Below the pieces are notes generated by a model that saw only the letters and a program-made list of their open reading frames with translations, was not told the DNA's origin and did not search any database. From sequence record NZ_CP145666.1: 64,000 nucleotides of DNA, one strand, 5' to 3'. Of this stretch, positions 42,741 to 52,881 are shown piece by piece. Numbering within the stretch: the first letter of the stretch is position 1; every line of letters starts with the position of its first letter. Origin of the DNA: a plasmid. A program made the position numbers and the translations under genes.

Positions 42741-43803
42741 TTTAATCGACGATAACTTTATTATTCCTGCACTGAGTAGCATAGCAGGCATCACCACGCC
42801 ACTATCAGGACAAACGTACAGGAACGCTCCAGATATCGACATATCTTGCTATGACGTGATAATCATTTGCCTTAGCGGCGGAAAAGACTCCATAGCCTGC
42901 CTTCTCCACTTAATTGACATCGGGGTCGATCTGTCCAGGGTGGAACTCTGGCATCACGATGTTGATGGCCGCGAGGGAAGTACTTTAATGGACTGGCCAT
43001 TTATGGCCGACTACAACCGCAAAATAGCTTCAACATTTCAGATACCGTTGATGTTCTCCTGGCTTCAGGGAGGAATGGAAGGTGAGATGCTGAAAGAGAA
43101 TGGCTACAGTCGCCCGCAATGTATCGAAACCCCAGATGGATTAATAATCGCGGAACGTGATATCCAGCGAAGCACTCCCGCCACGCGACTTCGGTTCCCT
43201 CAGCAATCACCAAGCCTTAAAACACGTTGGTGCTCATCAGCACTAAAAATTGATGTTGGTCGGCGAGCACTCACAAATCAGAGACGCTTTGACGGAAAAA
43301 AGGTGCTTTTTATTACGGGGGAAAGGAGAGCGGAAAGCTCTAATAGATTCAATTACTTACAACTGGAGCCACATACCAGCAGTTGCAAAAAAAGACAAGT
43401 TGATGCCTGGAGGCCAGTACTTGAATGGTCTGAAGAACAAGTCTGGGAGATTTTAGCAAAACATCGTGTTACAGCCCCAGTACCGTATCGTCTTGGATGG
43501 GGTCGCAGTTCATGCTTAACGTGTATATACAACAGTGCTCGCATATGGGCAACCATCAAACATTATTTCCCCGAGCGTATTCACGCAATGGCCAACTATG
43601 AAAACCGCTTTGGGGTCACTATCAGTCGTAAACGAATAAATGTTCTGGATCTAAGCCAGAATATTTCTCCTATTAATATCACGGATGAGGAAGCGCTGCT
43701 GCAAGCGGTAAATCCGGTCTATACATTGCCCGTCATTAACATGTCAAAAGAATGGGTGCTACCTGGTGGGGCGTACAACCGGGAGAAATGCGGGTCAGAC
43801 TAA
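42733..43803 (+). CDS. PP-loop ATP pyrophosphatase of the PAPS-reductase / DndC / SspD-like family (GTG start)
   Basis: The PP-loop IICLSGGKDSIACLL (SGGxDS) lies near the N-terminus. The protein is 356 aa. Confidence 0.65.
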   Translation: MSDLIDDNFIIPALSSIAGITTPLSGQTYRNAPDIDISCYDVIIICLSGGKDSIACLLHLIDIGVDLSRVELWHHDVDGREGSTLMDWPFMADYNRKIASTFQIPLMFSWLQGGMEGEMLKENGYSRPQCIETPDGLIIAERDIQRSTPATRLRFPQQSPSLKTRWCSSALKIDVGRRALTNQRRFDGKKVLFITGERRAESSNRFNYLQLEPHTSSCKKRQVDAWRPVLEWSEEQVWEILAKHRVTAPVPYRLGWGRSSCLTCIYNSARIWATIKHYFPERIHAMANYENRFGVTISRKRINVLDLSQNISPINITDEEALLQAVNPVYTLPVINMSKEWVLPGGAYNREKCGSD

Positions 43804-43912
43804 TTAGCCATCAGCGATTTATAGCTGAGATTTCGTCACCTGAATATTACGTGGAAAATAGATATCAAATAGCAACATTGATACAGGCTTAACCGCCTCT
43901 GAAGGAAATATT

Positions 43913-44230
43913 ATGACGATGGTAACGGCCAGAAATTGTACTGAAACACGGTTCAACCAGTTATGGGATGCTCTGCATGAAAAAAGCAGTGCGGAAAACG
44001 AATCCTTGTTTCAGCAAGAATTGCATCGCTGCCGCAGTAAACGTCAGCGAAGTAAACTGGCCGGGCGATTCGCCGGTGCCTGGCAAACCTTATTCGATGC
44101 CTTCTGTGAAGGTCGGGTCTTCTGCTCACTTCTGGACTCGGTTATCCACCAGGAGAGTATCAGCGAATGGCAGGTTGAAGAGTTAATCTCATTCACTTCT
44201 GCCCAGATGTCGACTCTATACAAAGGGTAG
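43913..44230 (+). CDS. Hypothetical protein
   Basis: A 105-aa ORF. Confidence 0.35.
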   Translation: MTMVTARNCTETRFNQLWDALHEKSSAENESLFQQELHRCRSKRQRSKLAGRFAGAWQTLFDAFCEGRVFCSLLDSVIHQESISEWQVEELISFTSAQMSTLYKG

Positions 44231-44238
44231 AGGTAGAT

Positions 44239-44574
44239 ATGGGACAAAGAAAATGTGCAGCAGCGTTCCTGCTCGCTGAAGAAATGTACCAGATACCAGC
44301 GACCAAATCGGTGATACTTGCCCGGGACCTGGAAGAAAGAGGGTTGTATCTCCGCGCTGCCAGGCAATGGGGAGAGGTCATGTTTGAACATACCCAGTGT
44401 ACTGAGTACATTGTTGAACAACGGGAACGTTGCATTCGGTTATCCAATTCTCGCCATGAAGACCGTATCAGACAGCATGAGCAGGCAAGTGATCTTCAAT
44501 ATATTCACAAGCATATTAATGATGTATACACACGGATGGGACTAAAAGACGATGGTGTCTTTAATACCGCCTGA
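44239..44574 (+). CDS. Hypothetical protein
   Basis: A 111-aa ORF. Confidence 0.35.
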   Translation: MGQRKCAAAFLLAEEMYQIPATKSVILARDLEERGLYLRAARQWGEVMFEHTQCTEYIVEQRERCIRLSNSRHEDRIRQHEQASDLQYIHKHINDVYTRMGLKDDGVFNTA

Positions 44575-44957
44575 TTTGTCGACCTTTTCCGTTCATTAAA
44601 AAATGAAACTGAGGAGAATGAGCGCACTCTTGACTGATTTTGACGGAGGATTACGTAAGTGGTTAAACAAAGTTTATTTGACCTTATAGGAGCTACCACG
44701 GGCCCAGAGCGAGATCTGTTGATCGTAAGCCTTCAGTCTCTACATCGTGAACGAGTAAGCTCATACAATGCATTGTGTACAGCCTGCTCAATCTCTGGAG
44801 ATAAAGTCCCGCCAATGTCTTTATTCGGCATAGACGAGGTTACTGATGCACTACGCCGGTTAGGTGCATTACCGATCAGATAGTTCTTCAAGTAGTCAGG
44901 GTGAACAGGTTTGAATTGATACAAACGGCCTATGCTGAAGAGGAACAGAGATAACTG

Positions 44958-45419
44958 ATGAAAACAAACGAAAACCTGCTGAACAGCATTGGAAAAAGTA
45001 TTCGAATGTGGCGAGATAACTGCTTCCCTCCATTTCAGCGAGCGTATGGAACATGGTTATTGGTTCTGGTTTCGGTTAATGCCGGGATATGGTTTTACAT
45101 AACCTCTGACTGGTCTGTACAGTTCGTCGGCAATATAGCAGGGCTCTTGGTTTTCCCAATGCTGGGTCGAAAGGTTTTTACAAAACGCGCCAGATCTTGG
45201 CAAGAAGAACTGGATATTAAGCTGGCAAAATACAAACCGCATAACATAGCTGCATGGAGGGAGTTGCAGGCTTATGCCTTGGAATCCAATACGCTATCTT
45301 CACAAATTGTTGAACGGTGGTATTTCAAAGAGCGGGAATTTATCAAGACGGCCCAAAAAGGGAAGCCGGGTAGTTCTGAACTCAAATTTCTCAAGAATAA
45401 TACTGGATCAAAGCCTTAA
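44958..45419 (+). CDS. Hypothetical membrane protein
   Basis: The 153 aa include two predicted TM helices. Confidence 0.4.
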   Translation: MKTNENLLNSIGKSIRMWRDNCFPPFQRAYGTWLLVLVSVNAGIWFYITSDWSVQFVGNIAGLLVFPMLGRKVFTKRARSWQEELDIKLAKYKPHNIAAWRELQAYALESNTLSSQIVERWYFKEREFIKTAQKGKPGSSELKFLKNNTGSKP

Positions 45420-45500
45420 GGAATCTGAGAGCCGGTGCGTAATGCAGAACCCACAGCCGAAGGGTTTTGGGAGTTAAACTGATACAGCTTTTACCGTGAG

Positions 45501-45911
45501 GTGGGATTTATGTCGAATGTCTTGCAGAAAGAAAACATCATCATGTCTCTGCCTCATCGTGACTGGAGTTGTGAAGTCATCGAGTGCCGATTAAAAGTGT
45601 GCCCCGTACCTGACGAACTCGACAGGGGGAATAACATCTTTTTCATCGTGGAAGACCTTTACCAGCTACGCGAGAACAGTGAATCACTTAACGTGCTTGG
45701 ACAAATTCTGGCGAAACGTTTCCCACACATACCACCAAAAAGAATGCACCTTGTGCTGCACCGACGTGATGTGCAGAAAGCTCATGGAGTAGCCATCCAC
45801 CTCTACCGCTTCATGCGTAGCGAGAAAGAAAATAACCGTAGTATTTTCATTGGTCGTAACCCTACTGAAGTTTCCCAGAAGACGGCATACGCCTCGATGT
45901 GCATTTTCTGA
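45501..45911 (+). CDS. Hypothetical protein
   Basis: A 136-aa ORF. Confidence 0.35.
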   Translation: MGFMSNVLQKENIIMSLPHRDWSCEVIECRLKVCPVPDELDRGNNIFFIVEDLYQLRENSESLNVLGQILAKRFPHIPPKRMHLVLHRRDVQKAHGVAIHLYRFMRSEKENNRSIFIGRNPTEVSQKTAYASMCIF

Positions 45912-46110
45912 CCACCAGCTGTTGAATCGTCACAATAGCCGACATAGTCGGCTATTTTTTTACGCTAAGAAAAACCATTTATGCCCACAAATTGCGGTTG
46001 AAAAAGCTATTTATTTTTGGGTGCAAAACGTCCTCATTCTCACTGTAACAATAAATTTCAACATGTGATTATAGTGAGAGTCGAAGCTGAAACATGAATG
46101 GTGGCTACAT

Positions 46111-46995
46111 ATGCATGATCTCCAGAATTCGTTAACTAGCAAAAATACCAACATTATCCGTGCTGAATTTGAAAATATGCTTTCTGCGCGTGGAACATCT
46201 ATCGTGCGTTTTGATACCAACGCAGGGGCGAACAGCGGCGAGTATATAGGAAAAGGAATTCAACGTGAGTGGGTTGGGTATTTGCTAAACCATACGAGTT
46301 CTGGCCATACGGTCAAGGCATTTGAACCGGTGTATTCTATTCCTTTAAAAATCAGGCCAGACCTTCAATCCAGAAATATTGCAGACCACCAGACTAAAGT
46401 AAAAAAGTTATTTGAAAGTTATGATGAAGCGTATCTTACAGCCGCTATAGACTCAGAAGAGTATTGCAAGCCATTCTGGGTTTATCAGAATGCAGATGAC
46501 GGTCATTACTCGATCAGTACTCGCGGTTTCAAAAATGCAAATGCACCTGCAAGCATTCCGAGCGATAATCGCATTGATATCGCTCAGATGAAAATGGGAT
46601 ATCCCATGCTCGATTATTGCCATAACATTATACCGTCCTCAGTCGTGCGATTAGGATTTAATGGGCGAGTGTTTACGCAAGGTAAGTATTATTACACCAA
46701 TGAAGAGGTTTTCAGTTGGTTGTCCCGGAACCCGGATAGCGCAGTTTTCATTACGTTCCCAAAAGTTAACCAGACTGATAGATCTGAATTGATGTCAATT
46801 ATGAAACGAGAATTCCTGAATTCGTGGGGTTTATTCTCATATTATCGCTGGCTGGGACGCAGCACCGCATTACTGGCATTGAGCCCGGTCAGTTCTAATG
46901 CTTCTGTTAAGTTAAGAAGTAGCAATGCACACTTCTTCAAAAATGCAATGCTGGCTGTTAACACGATCATTCCTAAAGGTAACGGAATTTCGTAA
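46111..46995 (+). CDS. Hypothetical protein
   Basis: A 294-aa ORF. Confidence 0.45.
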   Translation: MHDLQNSLTSKNTNIIRAEFENMLSARGTSIVRFDTNAGANSGEYIGKGIQREWVGYLLNHTSSGHTVKAFEPVYSIPLKIRPDLQSRNIADHQTKVKKLFESYDEAYLTAAIDSEEYCKPFWVYQNADDGHYSISTRGFKNANAPASIPSDNRIDIAQMKMGYPMLDYCHNIIPSSVVRLGFNGRVFTQGKYYYTNEEVFSWLSRNPDSAVFITFPKVNQTDRSELMSIMKREFLNSWGLFSYYRWLGRSTALLALSPVSSNASVKLRSSNAHFFKNAMLAVNTIIPKGNGIS

Positions 46996-47044
46996 TCGGA
47001 ATAGTTACCGTTAGAGTGATTTAAAGATCGATTCATTCTGGAAA

Positions 47045-47602
47045 TTGAACGAAGAAAATTTAATGGGAGTAACTATGACTGCACTACGCCGTATCTCAAC
47101 AGAACCAAGCTGGACTCCAGTTGGCATCCGGGGCGAAGGGTTACCGACTAAAGCAGGTGTATACCGTTTTATTGTTCCCCGGGAAGCCGATAGCTCAGAA
47201 CATATTGAGTTTCTGGCGTTAGTGCGCTGGCGTAAACACGGTGTTCATCAACTGTTATTTCCCACCTTTGAATACATCGTATGCGACGAGAATATCGTGC
47301 TCCCAGAAGGCACATGCTGGCGTGAACGCGAACCGTGGGATCCAGATACGCTGGGGGAAACCGAGTTCATCATCGTTCCTGAAATGAGCGCGGGTGCTCA
47401 ACGCTGTCCGTTCTGCAAAGAAGTTCCGCGCATCGTTGGTGATAAATACAACTTTGAGTATAAGGAAAACTACATCACGAAAATGCCTCACCGGTTTAAC
47501 CGCCTGTGGTTCAGCTGCTGTAAATGGGTTGCTCCTGTGCCCACTTCTGGGATTCAGTCACTGATTACGGCCTGGAACAAAATGCTCGGGTCATCCCGGT
47601 AG
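47045..47602 (+). CDS. Hypothetical protein
   Basis: A 185-aa ORF with a Cys-rich C-terminal part (CPFCKE...CCKW). Confidence 0.4.
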   Translation: MNEENLMGVTMTALRRISTEPSWTPVGIRGEGLPTKAGVYRFIVPREADSSEHIEFLALVRWRKHGVHQLLFPTFEYIVCDENIVLPEGTCWREREPWDPDTLGETEFIIVPEMSAGAQRCPFCKEVPRIVGDKYNFEYKENYITKMPHRFNRLWFSCCKWVAPVPTSGIQSLITAWNKMLGSSR

Positions 47603-47607
47603 GAGTA

Positions 47608-47913
47608 ATGATGAAATGTGCGTACCTACGAAAGTTTCTGATCATTGCTTTCATAACCGGCATTAGCGGATGCCAGAGTCTCGGAATAGGGTTAAGCCTG
47701 GATGAGCGCTACCAGAAGGCTTATCAGAAAGTACTGGCTGACCCTAATGACGATAACATTAAGACTTTCATGAAACTCAGCCAGGAAAAAGGCGAAAGAG
47801 ACATGCAAGAGGCAAATTCAAAAGCCGCAGCCGACACTCGTGAAAGCGATAAGGGGTTTACTGAGTATTTTAAATCATATGGCAACGATGGATTTAAGCG
47901 GGCCAGACAATAA
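47608..47913 (+). CDS. Putative lipoprotein
   Basis: MMKCAYLRKFLIIAFITGISGCQS is a lipobox-type leader with AGGAG 7 bp upstream. Confidence 0.45.
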   Translation: MMKCAYLRKFLIIAFITGISGCQSLGIGLSLDERYQKAYQKVLADPNDDNIKTFMKLSQEKGERDMQEANSKAAADTRESDKGFTEYFKSYGNDGFKRARQ

Positions 47914-47925
47914 GAAAGAGGTCAT

Positions 47926-48378
47926 ATGTCATTACAGCAATCGCATGAAAATCTGGAGTTCCTGAAGGGGGCGGTCTGGTGCGCCGCAAAACTCGTTCAG
48001 GAAATTGGCGATTCAAAAGGTGCAGCTATTCTTATCACAAACTTGCCGGTTGGAATTTTCCCTCAATGTAGCGAAAGGGATTTATTTGTTCTGAGGCAAT
48101 ATGTCAGGAAAGATCTGCCACTTGGTATTGATGCCGAATATAGCGATATCAGGCCGGTCTTAATTGATTATCTGGGAGAGCCAGTAGACCTTCCTGAGTG
48201 TGAACTGGATAATTATGAACCGGCTCCTGGTGAAATGCTCCGCTGGGGAGTAACTGGAGATCTCAGTTCCGGGACACGATGTGTGCTGGTGGATAATCTT
48301 GCTTATCTCGCTGAAGCAATTGGTATCAGCAACGCACTAAGGCAACAGGCCGCAGAGTCAATCCAGCGCACCCTGTGA
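47926..48378 (+). CDS. Hypothetical protein
   Basis: A 150-aa ORF. Confidence 0.4.
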   Translation: MSLQQSHENLEFLKGAVWCAAKLVQEIGDSKGAAILITNLPVGIFPQCSERDLFVLRQYVRKDLPLGIDAEYSDIRPVLIDYLGEPVDLPECELDNYEPAPGEMLRWGVTGDLSSGTRCVLVDNLAYLAEAIGISNALRQQAAESIQRTL

Positions 48379-48445
48379 TTAGTGAGTCGCCCCGAATTTC
48401 GTAAGCAGCATAAATGCCCTTAATCTTTATCCTACATATTTCAGG

Positions 48446-48991
48446 TTGTTGGGGTTTACCATGTACAAAGACCATTTTCCACAAGCGTGTCCTTCATCGA
48501 TAAAAGAGGGCCAGTCATGCTGGCGGGTATTTATTGATATGGACGTAGACAACCCGTCGAAAATAAAAACCAGCGTCGAATTAATAGAAGTTGGCGTAAA
48601 AACAATTCGAATGAAAAAGAATGCGGCAGAAGGCAGTGAAAAAACTGTTTTTCTTGTGGATAAAATCCCTGGAATCACATTTATCAAAATTCGGCCTAGC
48701 GACAAAAAGCCAAGCGTCTGGAATACAAGCATCAGCAGTTTCTATAAACATGACGTGGAAATCGGGAAAACATTCCCCGTTGGTATCAGAACGACTAAAA
48801 GCGCTGCGTTTCGTACAGCAACAAAAAAAGTTGAACAGAGTATGCAAGAATACACTGATACTATAGCTAAGCTTGAAAACGACTATGTTAAGAATGAGAC
48901 GGAGATTGCTGAGTACAAAAATGAACTCGCTGCTTACCAAACAATACTCCAAACCCTAAAACGTATGGCAAAAAGGCATCTCAAGCAATAA
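48446..48991 (+). CDS. Hypothetical protein with a coiled-coil C-terminus
   Basis: A 181-aa ORF. Confidence 0.4.
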   Translation: MLGFTMYKDHFPQACPSSIKEGQSCWRVFIDMDVDNPSKIKTSVELIEVGVKTIRMKKNAAEGSEKTVFLVDKIPGITFIKIRPSDKKPSVWNTSISSFYKHDVEIGKTFPVGIRTTKSAAFRTATKKVEQSMQEYTDTIAKLENDYVKNETEIAEYKNELAAYQTILQTLKRMAKRHLKQ

Positions 48992-49143
48992 TACATTTCG
49001 TCTCTTTTCAGGTAAACAAAATGGAAACACAATGTATTTTCATTGCAGGTTTCAAAAATTGTTTCACTCTGGGCCATACATGTTTAGTATGGGGACATAA
49101 CAAAGAGAACGCTGGCGAGTACGCTGGCATAAAGATCACCTTT

Positions 49144-49170
49144 CCCGGCCTGGCCGGGATTTTTTTTGTC
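49144..49170 (+). terminator. Rho-independent terminator
   Basis: The stem CCCGGCC-TGG-CCGGG is followed by ATTTTTTTT. Confidence 0.6.
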
Positions 49171-49313
49171 TGATGTGCCGTCCTTCTCACCACAAACTTA
49201 ATATCCTGACTATTTTTATGGATGTGCAGTGCAATTATTTAACGAATTACCATTCGTCACCAGACCGGACAGGCTGATAATAATGTCATCCGATACAGAG
49301 CTGGGGAGGGTGT

Positions 49314-49871
49314 ATGACTAATCGTGGCTATAGCAAAGTAATTATCGAAGGTACTGTAGGCCGTGAGCCTGAAATCCGACAACACCCTACCCACGGCATC
49401 TACGCAAAGATTTATGTAACAACATCTGAGTCCTCAATGGAGGATAAATCTGGTCTGGAGAAAATTACGGAAGAACACTATCAGATCATTTTGCTTGGTC
49501 AATTTGCTGATGTGGCCCGCAATCATCTTCATGTCGGGACAGGAGTGTACCTGGAGGCCCAATTGCGTACCCGCCTAATCAAGGAGGATGGTAAAGAACG
49601 CTTCTTTATGGACGTACTTGTCAACCCCGTGAAGGGGCATGTTCTTCGCAAAGTCAATGTAGGCGGTAATAAACTGGTGAGTCGTCACCTCCAGCAGAAC
49701 CGTGGGCAGGATCACCGGCAGAATACCAGTTATAGCCGCAGGCCACAAAACACGAACGCGAGGCCAGCAACACCACGCAACTCGCCCCCAACAATGGAAA
49801 ATTATTATTTGGGAAATCAGGATGAAGTTCCAGGAAGCACTGGTGCTTATGGAACTGAGATAGCCTTTTAA
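49314..49871 (+). CDS. ssb: Plasmid single-stranded DNA-binding protein (SSB)
   Basis: The OB-fold N-terminus KVIIEGTVGREPEIRQHPTHGIYAKIYVTTSE...ITEEHYQIILLGQFADVA aligns with SSB. It has a Gly/Pro/Gln-rich linker and a short acidic/aromatic C-terminal tip. Confidence 0.75.
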   Translation: MTNRGYSKVIIEGTVGREPEIRQHPTHGIYAKIYVTTSESSMEDKSGLEKITEEHYQIILLGQFADVARNHLHVGTGVYLEAQLRTRLIKEDGKERFFMDVLVNPVKGHVLRKVNVGGNKLVSRHLQQNRGQDHRQNTSYSRRPQNTNARPATPRNSPPTMENYYLGNQDEVPGSTGAYGTEIAF

Positions 49872-49926
49872 TGATTAGCAGCATATCTGTTTTAATTTGT
49901 ATCATAACTAATGGGGAATTATTGCC

Positions 49927-50280
49927 GTGAATGAATTCAATAACGCACTCCAGACGATACTGGAAAATGGGTCTATGTCATATGGCCAGGCTGCTATTTA
50001 TGCCGGTGGTGCAATTTGCGTTGCGGCCCTTTTTTCGGCGATACTCAGAAGTGGACTACTGGTAATTTTGGGAATTGTCTCAGGCTTTTATCTGTTCAGT
50101 CTCAACACTCCAGACAGTACACTGGCGTATACTGCTGCTGCCTCAGACCGTCTCATCGAGCAGGTTAAAGCTGTCGGTGGATGCGCCACTAGACACATTG
50201 AGGATGCGCAAACTCTGGGTATCATCATAAAAAATGGCGATGTTATCGAGATAGCAAAGCAGTGCGGTATTATAAAATAA
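49927..50280 (+). CDS. Hypothetical membrane protein
   Basis: The 117 aa include two predicted TM helices. Confidence 0.35.
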   Translation: MNEFNNALQTILENGSMSYGQAAIYAGGAICVAALFSAILRSGLLVILGIVSGFYLFSLNTPDSTLAYTAAASDRLIEQVKAVGGCATRHIEDAQTLGIIIKNGDVIEIAKQCGIIK

Positions 50281-50557
50281 TAACCGTAGCATATTATGAT
50301 TGATGAATGCCTGAATGGTAATCTGCTCGCGGATTACCATTATTTTTTGAGATGTCTTATAGAACTTATCTAAAATTACATACGACTGTCATGACAGTAT
50401 AAGGTCTTTATGAAAAACGTCGTCAAAACTTTACTACCCTCAGTGAACACTGGTGATCAAGACGAAAGCGTAAAATCGGATACGCTGACTGGCACTACTA
50501 AACCCTGCGACCACGGACTGGTTCATAATCATCTTTTAGGGCAGGAGGCCTGTTACT

Positions 50558-51238
50558 ATGCCAAACACTAACGACTCGCTGACAGGACTCAACGTCGAGC
50601 TCGTTGGTGCATCGAAACAAGAGTTTACTCTCCTCACTGAAAACCATCTGATGCGCCGCATCATAGTGGCTTTATCTGAGTTAATGCGTAACGCGGAAGG
50701 CGTGATGATTGATTCTCATGTTTACCCGTGGGATCAAGTTCTCCCTGCTGCGATGGACATTCCATCATCCAACGCTTCTGATGAAGAGATACAGAACTGG
50801 ATGATCAGTGCCTGTAAGGAGTGGCAGTGCGAATACAATCGCCGGGTTCAGTCGTTTACCGCATCAGAAGTAAAAAGCAAAAGCGACACCGAGAACGATA
50901 ACCTATTCCTGCTGAATATCACCAACCTAGCCCATATGCTGATTGACCGGTTACTGCCGTTTGTCAGTATCGAGGAGATTAATCATGAGGATCCAGATTT
51001 ACTCCCCCAAGTTATTGATATCGTGAATTATATGGTTGGTGTTATAAATGGTACAACCAGCACACAACAAGTCAGACAAGAATTGTTTACTGCCGGTGCT
51101 GATGACGCAGTATTTGCACTCAAACTAAAGCACAAAGAGCTAACCAGCCGGGGTGAAGATGCTGGATGGCTTGAAGAGGCAATGAAGATAATCGAAGAAA
51201 ACAAACGCCAATCCATCGACTTTATGCAGCGCAGCTAA
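50558..51238 (+). CDS. Hypothetical protein
   Basis: A 226-aa ORF. Confidence 0.4.
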   Translation: MPNTNDSLTGLNVELVGASKQEFTLLTENHLMRRIIVALSELMRNAEGVMIDSHVYPWDQVLPAAMDIPSSNASDEEIQNWMISACKEWQCEYNRRVQSFTASEVKSKSDTENDNLFLLNITNLAHMLIDRLLPFVSIEEINHEDPDLLPQVIDIVNYMVGVINGTTSTQQVRQELFTAGADDAVFALKLKHKELTSRGEDAGWLEEAMKIIEENKRQSIDFMQRS

Positions 51239-51265
51239 TCGTTCCCATAATAAAAGGGTAATGCT

Positions 51266-51580
51266 ATGAGTAAACATCTGTACTGTATTAAGGGTGTTTT
51301 AAAACCCAGGAAATTTTCTGTAAGTCTGATAAGAAATAAACTTAGCTCATTTGGTTTAAGGGGAAGTACTCTTCGTAGCGAAACCGCTCGCATTCTTGCC
51401 GGGCCAATAGATGGTATTAAGGGTACGTATCCCTTCGGCTGGTCAGAAGAACATTTTGACCGCAGGATGAAACGCATATTCATTCGCGCCGGTAATGCTT
51501 CCAGACTTTCTGATAATCGTCCATTTGCATTAAAACGACGCAGCGCTTTAACTATCAGTAAAAAGTATCTTTCTGTGTAA
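51266..51580 (+). CDS. Hypothetical basic protein
   Basis: A 104-aa ORF. Confidence 0.3.
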   Translation: MSKHLYCIKGVLKPRKFSVSLIRNKLSSFGLRGSTLRSETARILAGPIDGIKGTYPFGWSEEHFDRRMKRIFIRAGNASRLSDNRPFALKRRSALTISKKYLSV

Positions 51581-51597
51581 CCACCAGCAGACGAGTT

Positions 51598-51960
51598 TTA
51601 CTCGTCTGCCTGGCCCCATGCCTCTAATCTTCGCACCCGAAATGAAGTTGCCTGGAGTTCTCCTGATGAAGTTAACTCAAATGAAACTGTAAGATCGTTT
51701 TTGTTCCGGTACTTCCATACATAGCCATTTTGCTGCAATGTTTTGAGTGACTTACGTAGGTTGGGCTCAGCTACATCCTGGCTGTCTGGAACAGAGTTAA
51801 TAAACCCCAGCAACCTGGTGAATGGCACTATCGCAGTGCCTTTTTCTTTGCACAAAAGAAGAAGTACCAACGCATCCTTCTGAATACGGGAAAAGCGCTC
51901 CAGGCGATGTTCAGTACCATCTCCCTGCATATTGGCATTGTTCATAATCAACCTAATCAT
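51598..51960 (-). CDS. Hypothetical protein, possibly winged-helix
   Basis: A 120-aa ORF. Confidence 0.35.
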   Translation of the reverse strand: MIRLIMNNANMQGDGTEHRLERFSRIQKDALVLLLLCKEKGTAIVPFTRLLGFINSVPDSQDVAEPNLRKSLKTLQQNGYVWKYRNKNDLTVSFELTSSGELQATSFRVRRLEAWGQADE

Positions 51961-52078
51961 ATGGGATATGATTAAGGTTAAAAAACACCCCCCGTTTTGT
52001 CACCCTTTTTTTTTCTTACTCACCACTTAAAGCAGTAAGCTCAGTTCGATAAATCTGAATTAAATAAGGCGAGGTTAT

Positions 52079-52492
52079 ATGAAAACGAAATTATTGCTGG
52101 CGCTAATTGCGGGATCGACTTTCTGCATCAATATTGCTGAAGCCAATATTCCTCTTAGAGCAGATGGAAGTCCGGCAGCGGGGCAGACACCAACTCAGTT
52201 CATTCAGCTTAAAAATGAATGTCCTGAATGCGTCATGGTCGCAACTGATGTAGTAAAGATGCGTAGCGATAGCTGTAAACAGCAGGCATCCATCGATTCT
52301 ACAATCCTACAGGATCCTGTTTACGCATATCTCAACAGTATCCGTCTGGTAGTTGCCGGGAATGGTGGTTATGCAAGTCCAATCTATACATCCGCCCGTC
52401 AGGTCGTAGCGTCAAACATCAATTGCAGTGATGCAAACGACTGGGTAGCGAGAAGTAAAACGGTAATGGATAACACCTTCAAAACGCCGTAA
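52079..52492 (+). CDS. Secreted hypothetical protein
   Basis: The signal peptide is MKTKLLLALIAGSTFCINIAEA. Confidence 0.45.
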   Translation: MKTKLLLALIAGSTFCINIAEANIPLRADGSPAAGQTPTQFIQLKNECPECVMVATDVVKMRSDSCKQQASIDSTILQDPVYAYLNSIRLVVAGNGGYASPIYTSARQVVASNINCSDANDWVARSKTVMDNTFKTP

Positions 52493-52554
52493 ACAATCCC
52501 TGAATATTTCGTTGCAGTAATGCTATCCCGTAGTATGACGTTAAAGGCGGAGCT

Positions 52555-52881
52555 TTGAATCGGGAAAAAATAACTACTGCACTTAGAGGTATTTATATGG
52601 GTCGTCACTTTACTGGTCTGATTGATAGTTCGCAGCAAAATTTTACAATGCCAATCCGTCCGTATGGACGGAGCCGCATGGCTGCAAAATTAAAAGGAAT
52701 CTCCCGATTGAAAAAATCTGAAAAGCATGACGATGAATATCCTGATGAACTCTGGAAATTTATGAGTCCTTCAGAGAAAGCTAAATTTCTGGTCGCGGAT
52801 GTATTTTCACGCAGTAGTAAAGACTCTTCCGCCATTCAACCGGGAGAACATAAGCAAAAGGAGCATGATAATGAGCACTGA
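52555..52881 (+). CDS. Hypothetical protein
   Basis: A 108-aa ORF. Confidence 0.3.
   Translation: MNREKITTALRGIYMGRHFTGLIDSSQQNFTMPIRPYGRSRMAAKLKGISRLKKSEKHDDEYPDELWKFMSPSEKAKFLVADVFSRSSKDSSAIQPGEHKQKEHDNEH

Noticed and set aside
44044-44447. Two minus-strand ORFs (125 and 84 aa) antisense to the plus-strand ORFs at 43913 and 44239
   Set aside because: All neighbouring genes are on the plus strand with tight spacing. The minus-strand ORFs lack starts with RBS.
49000-49143. Possible small RNA upstream of the terminator at 49144 (a structured ~120-nt region with CGCTGGC direct repeats)
   Set aside because: No promoter or covariation evidence is available from a single sequence. It could simply be the 3'-UTR of the upstream gene.
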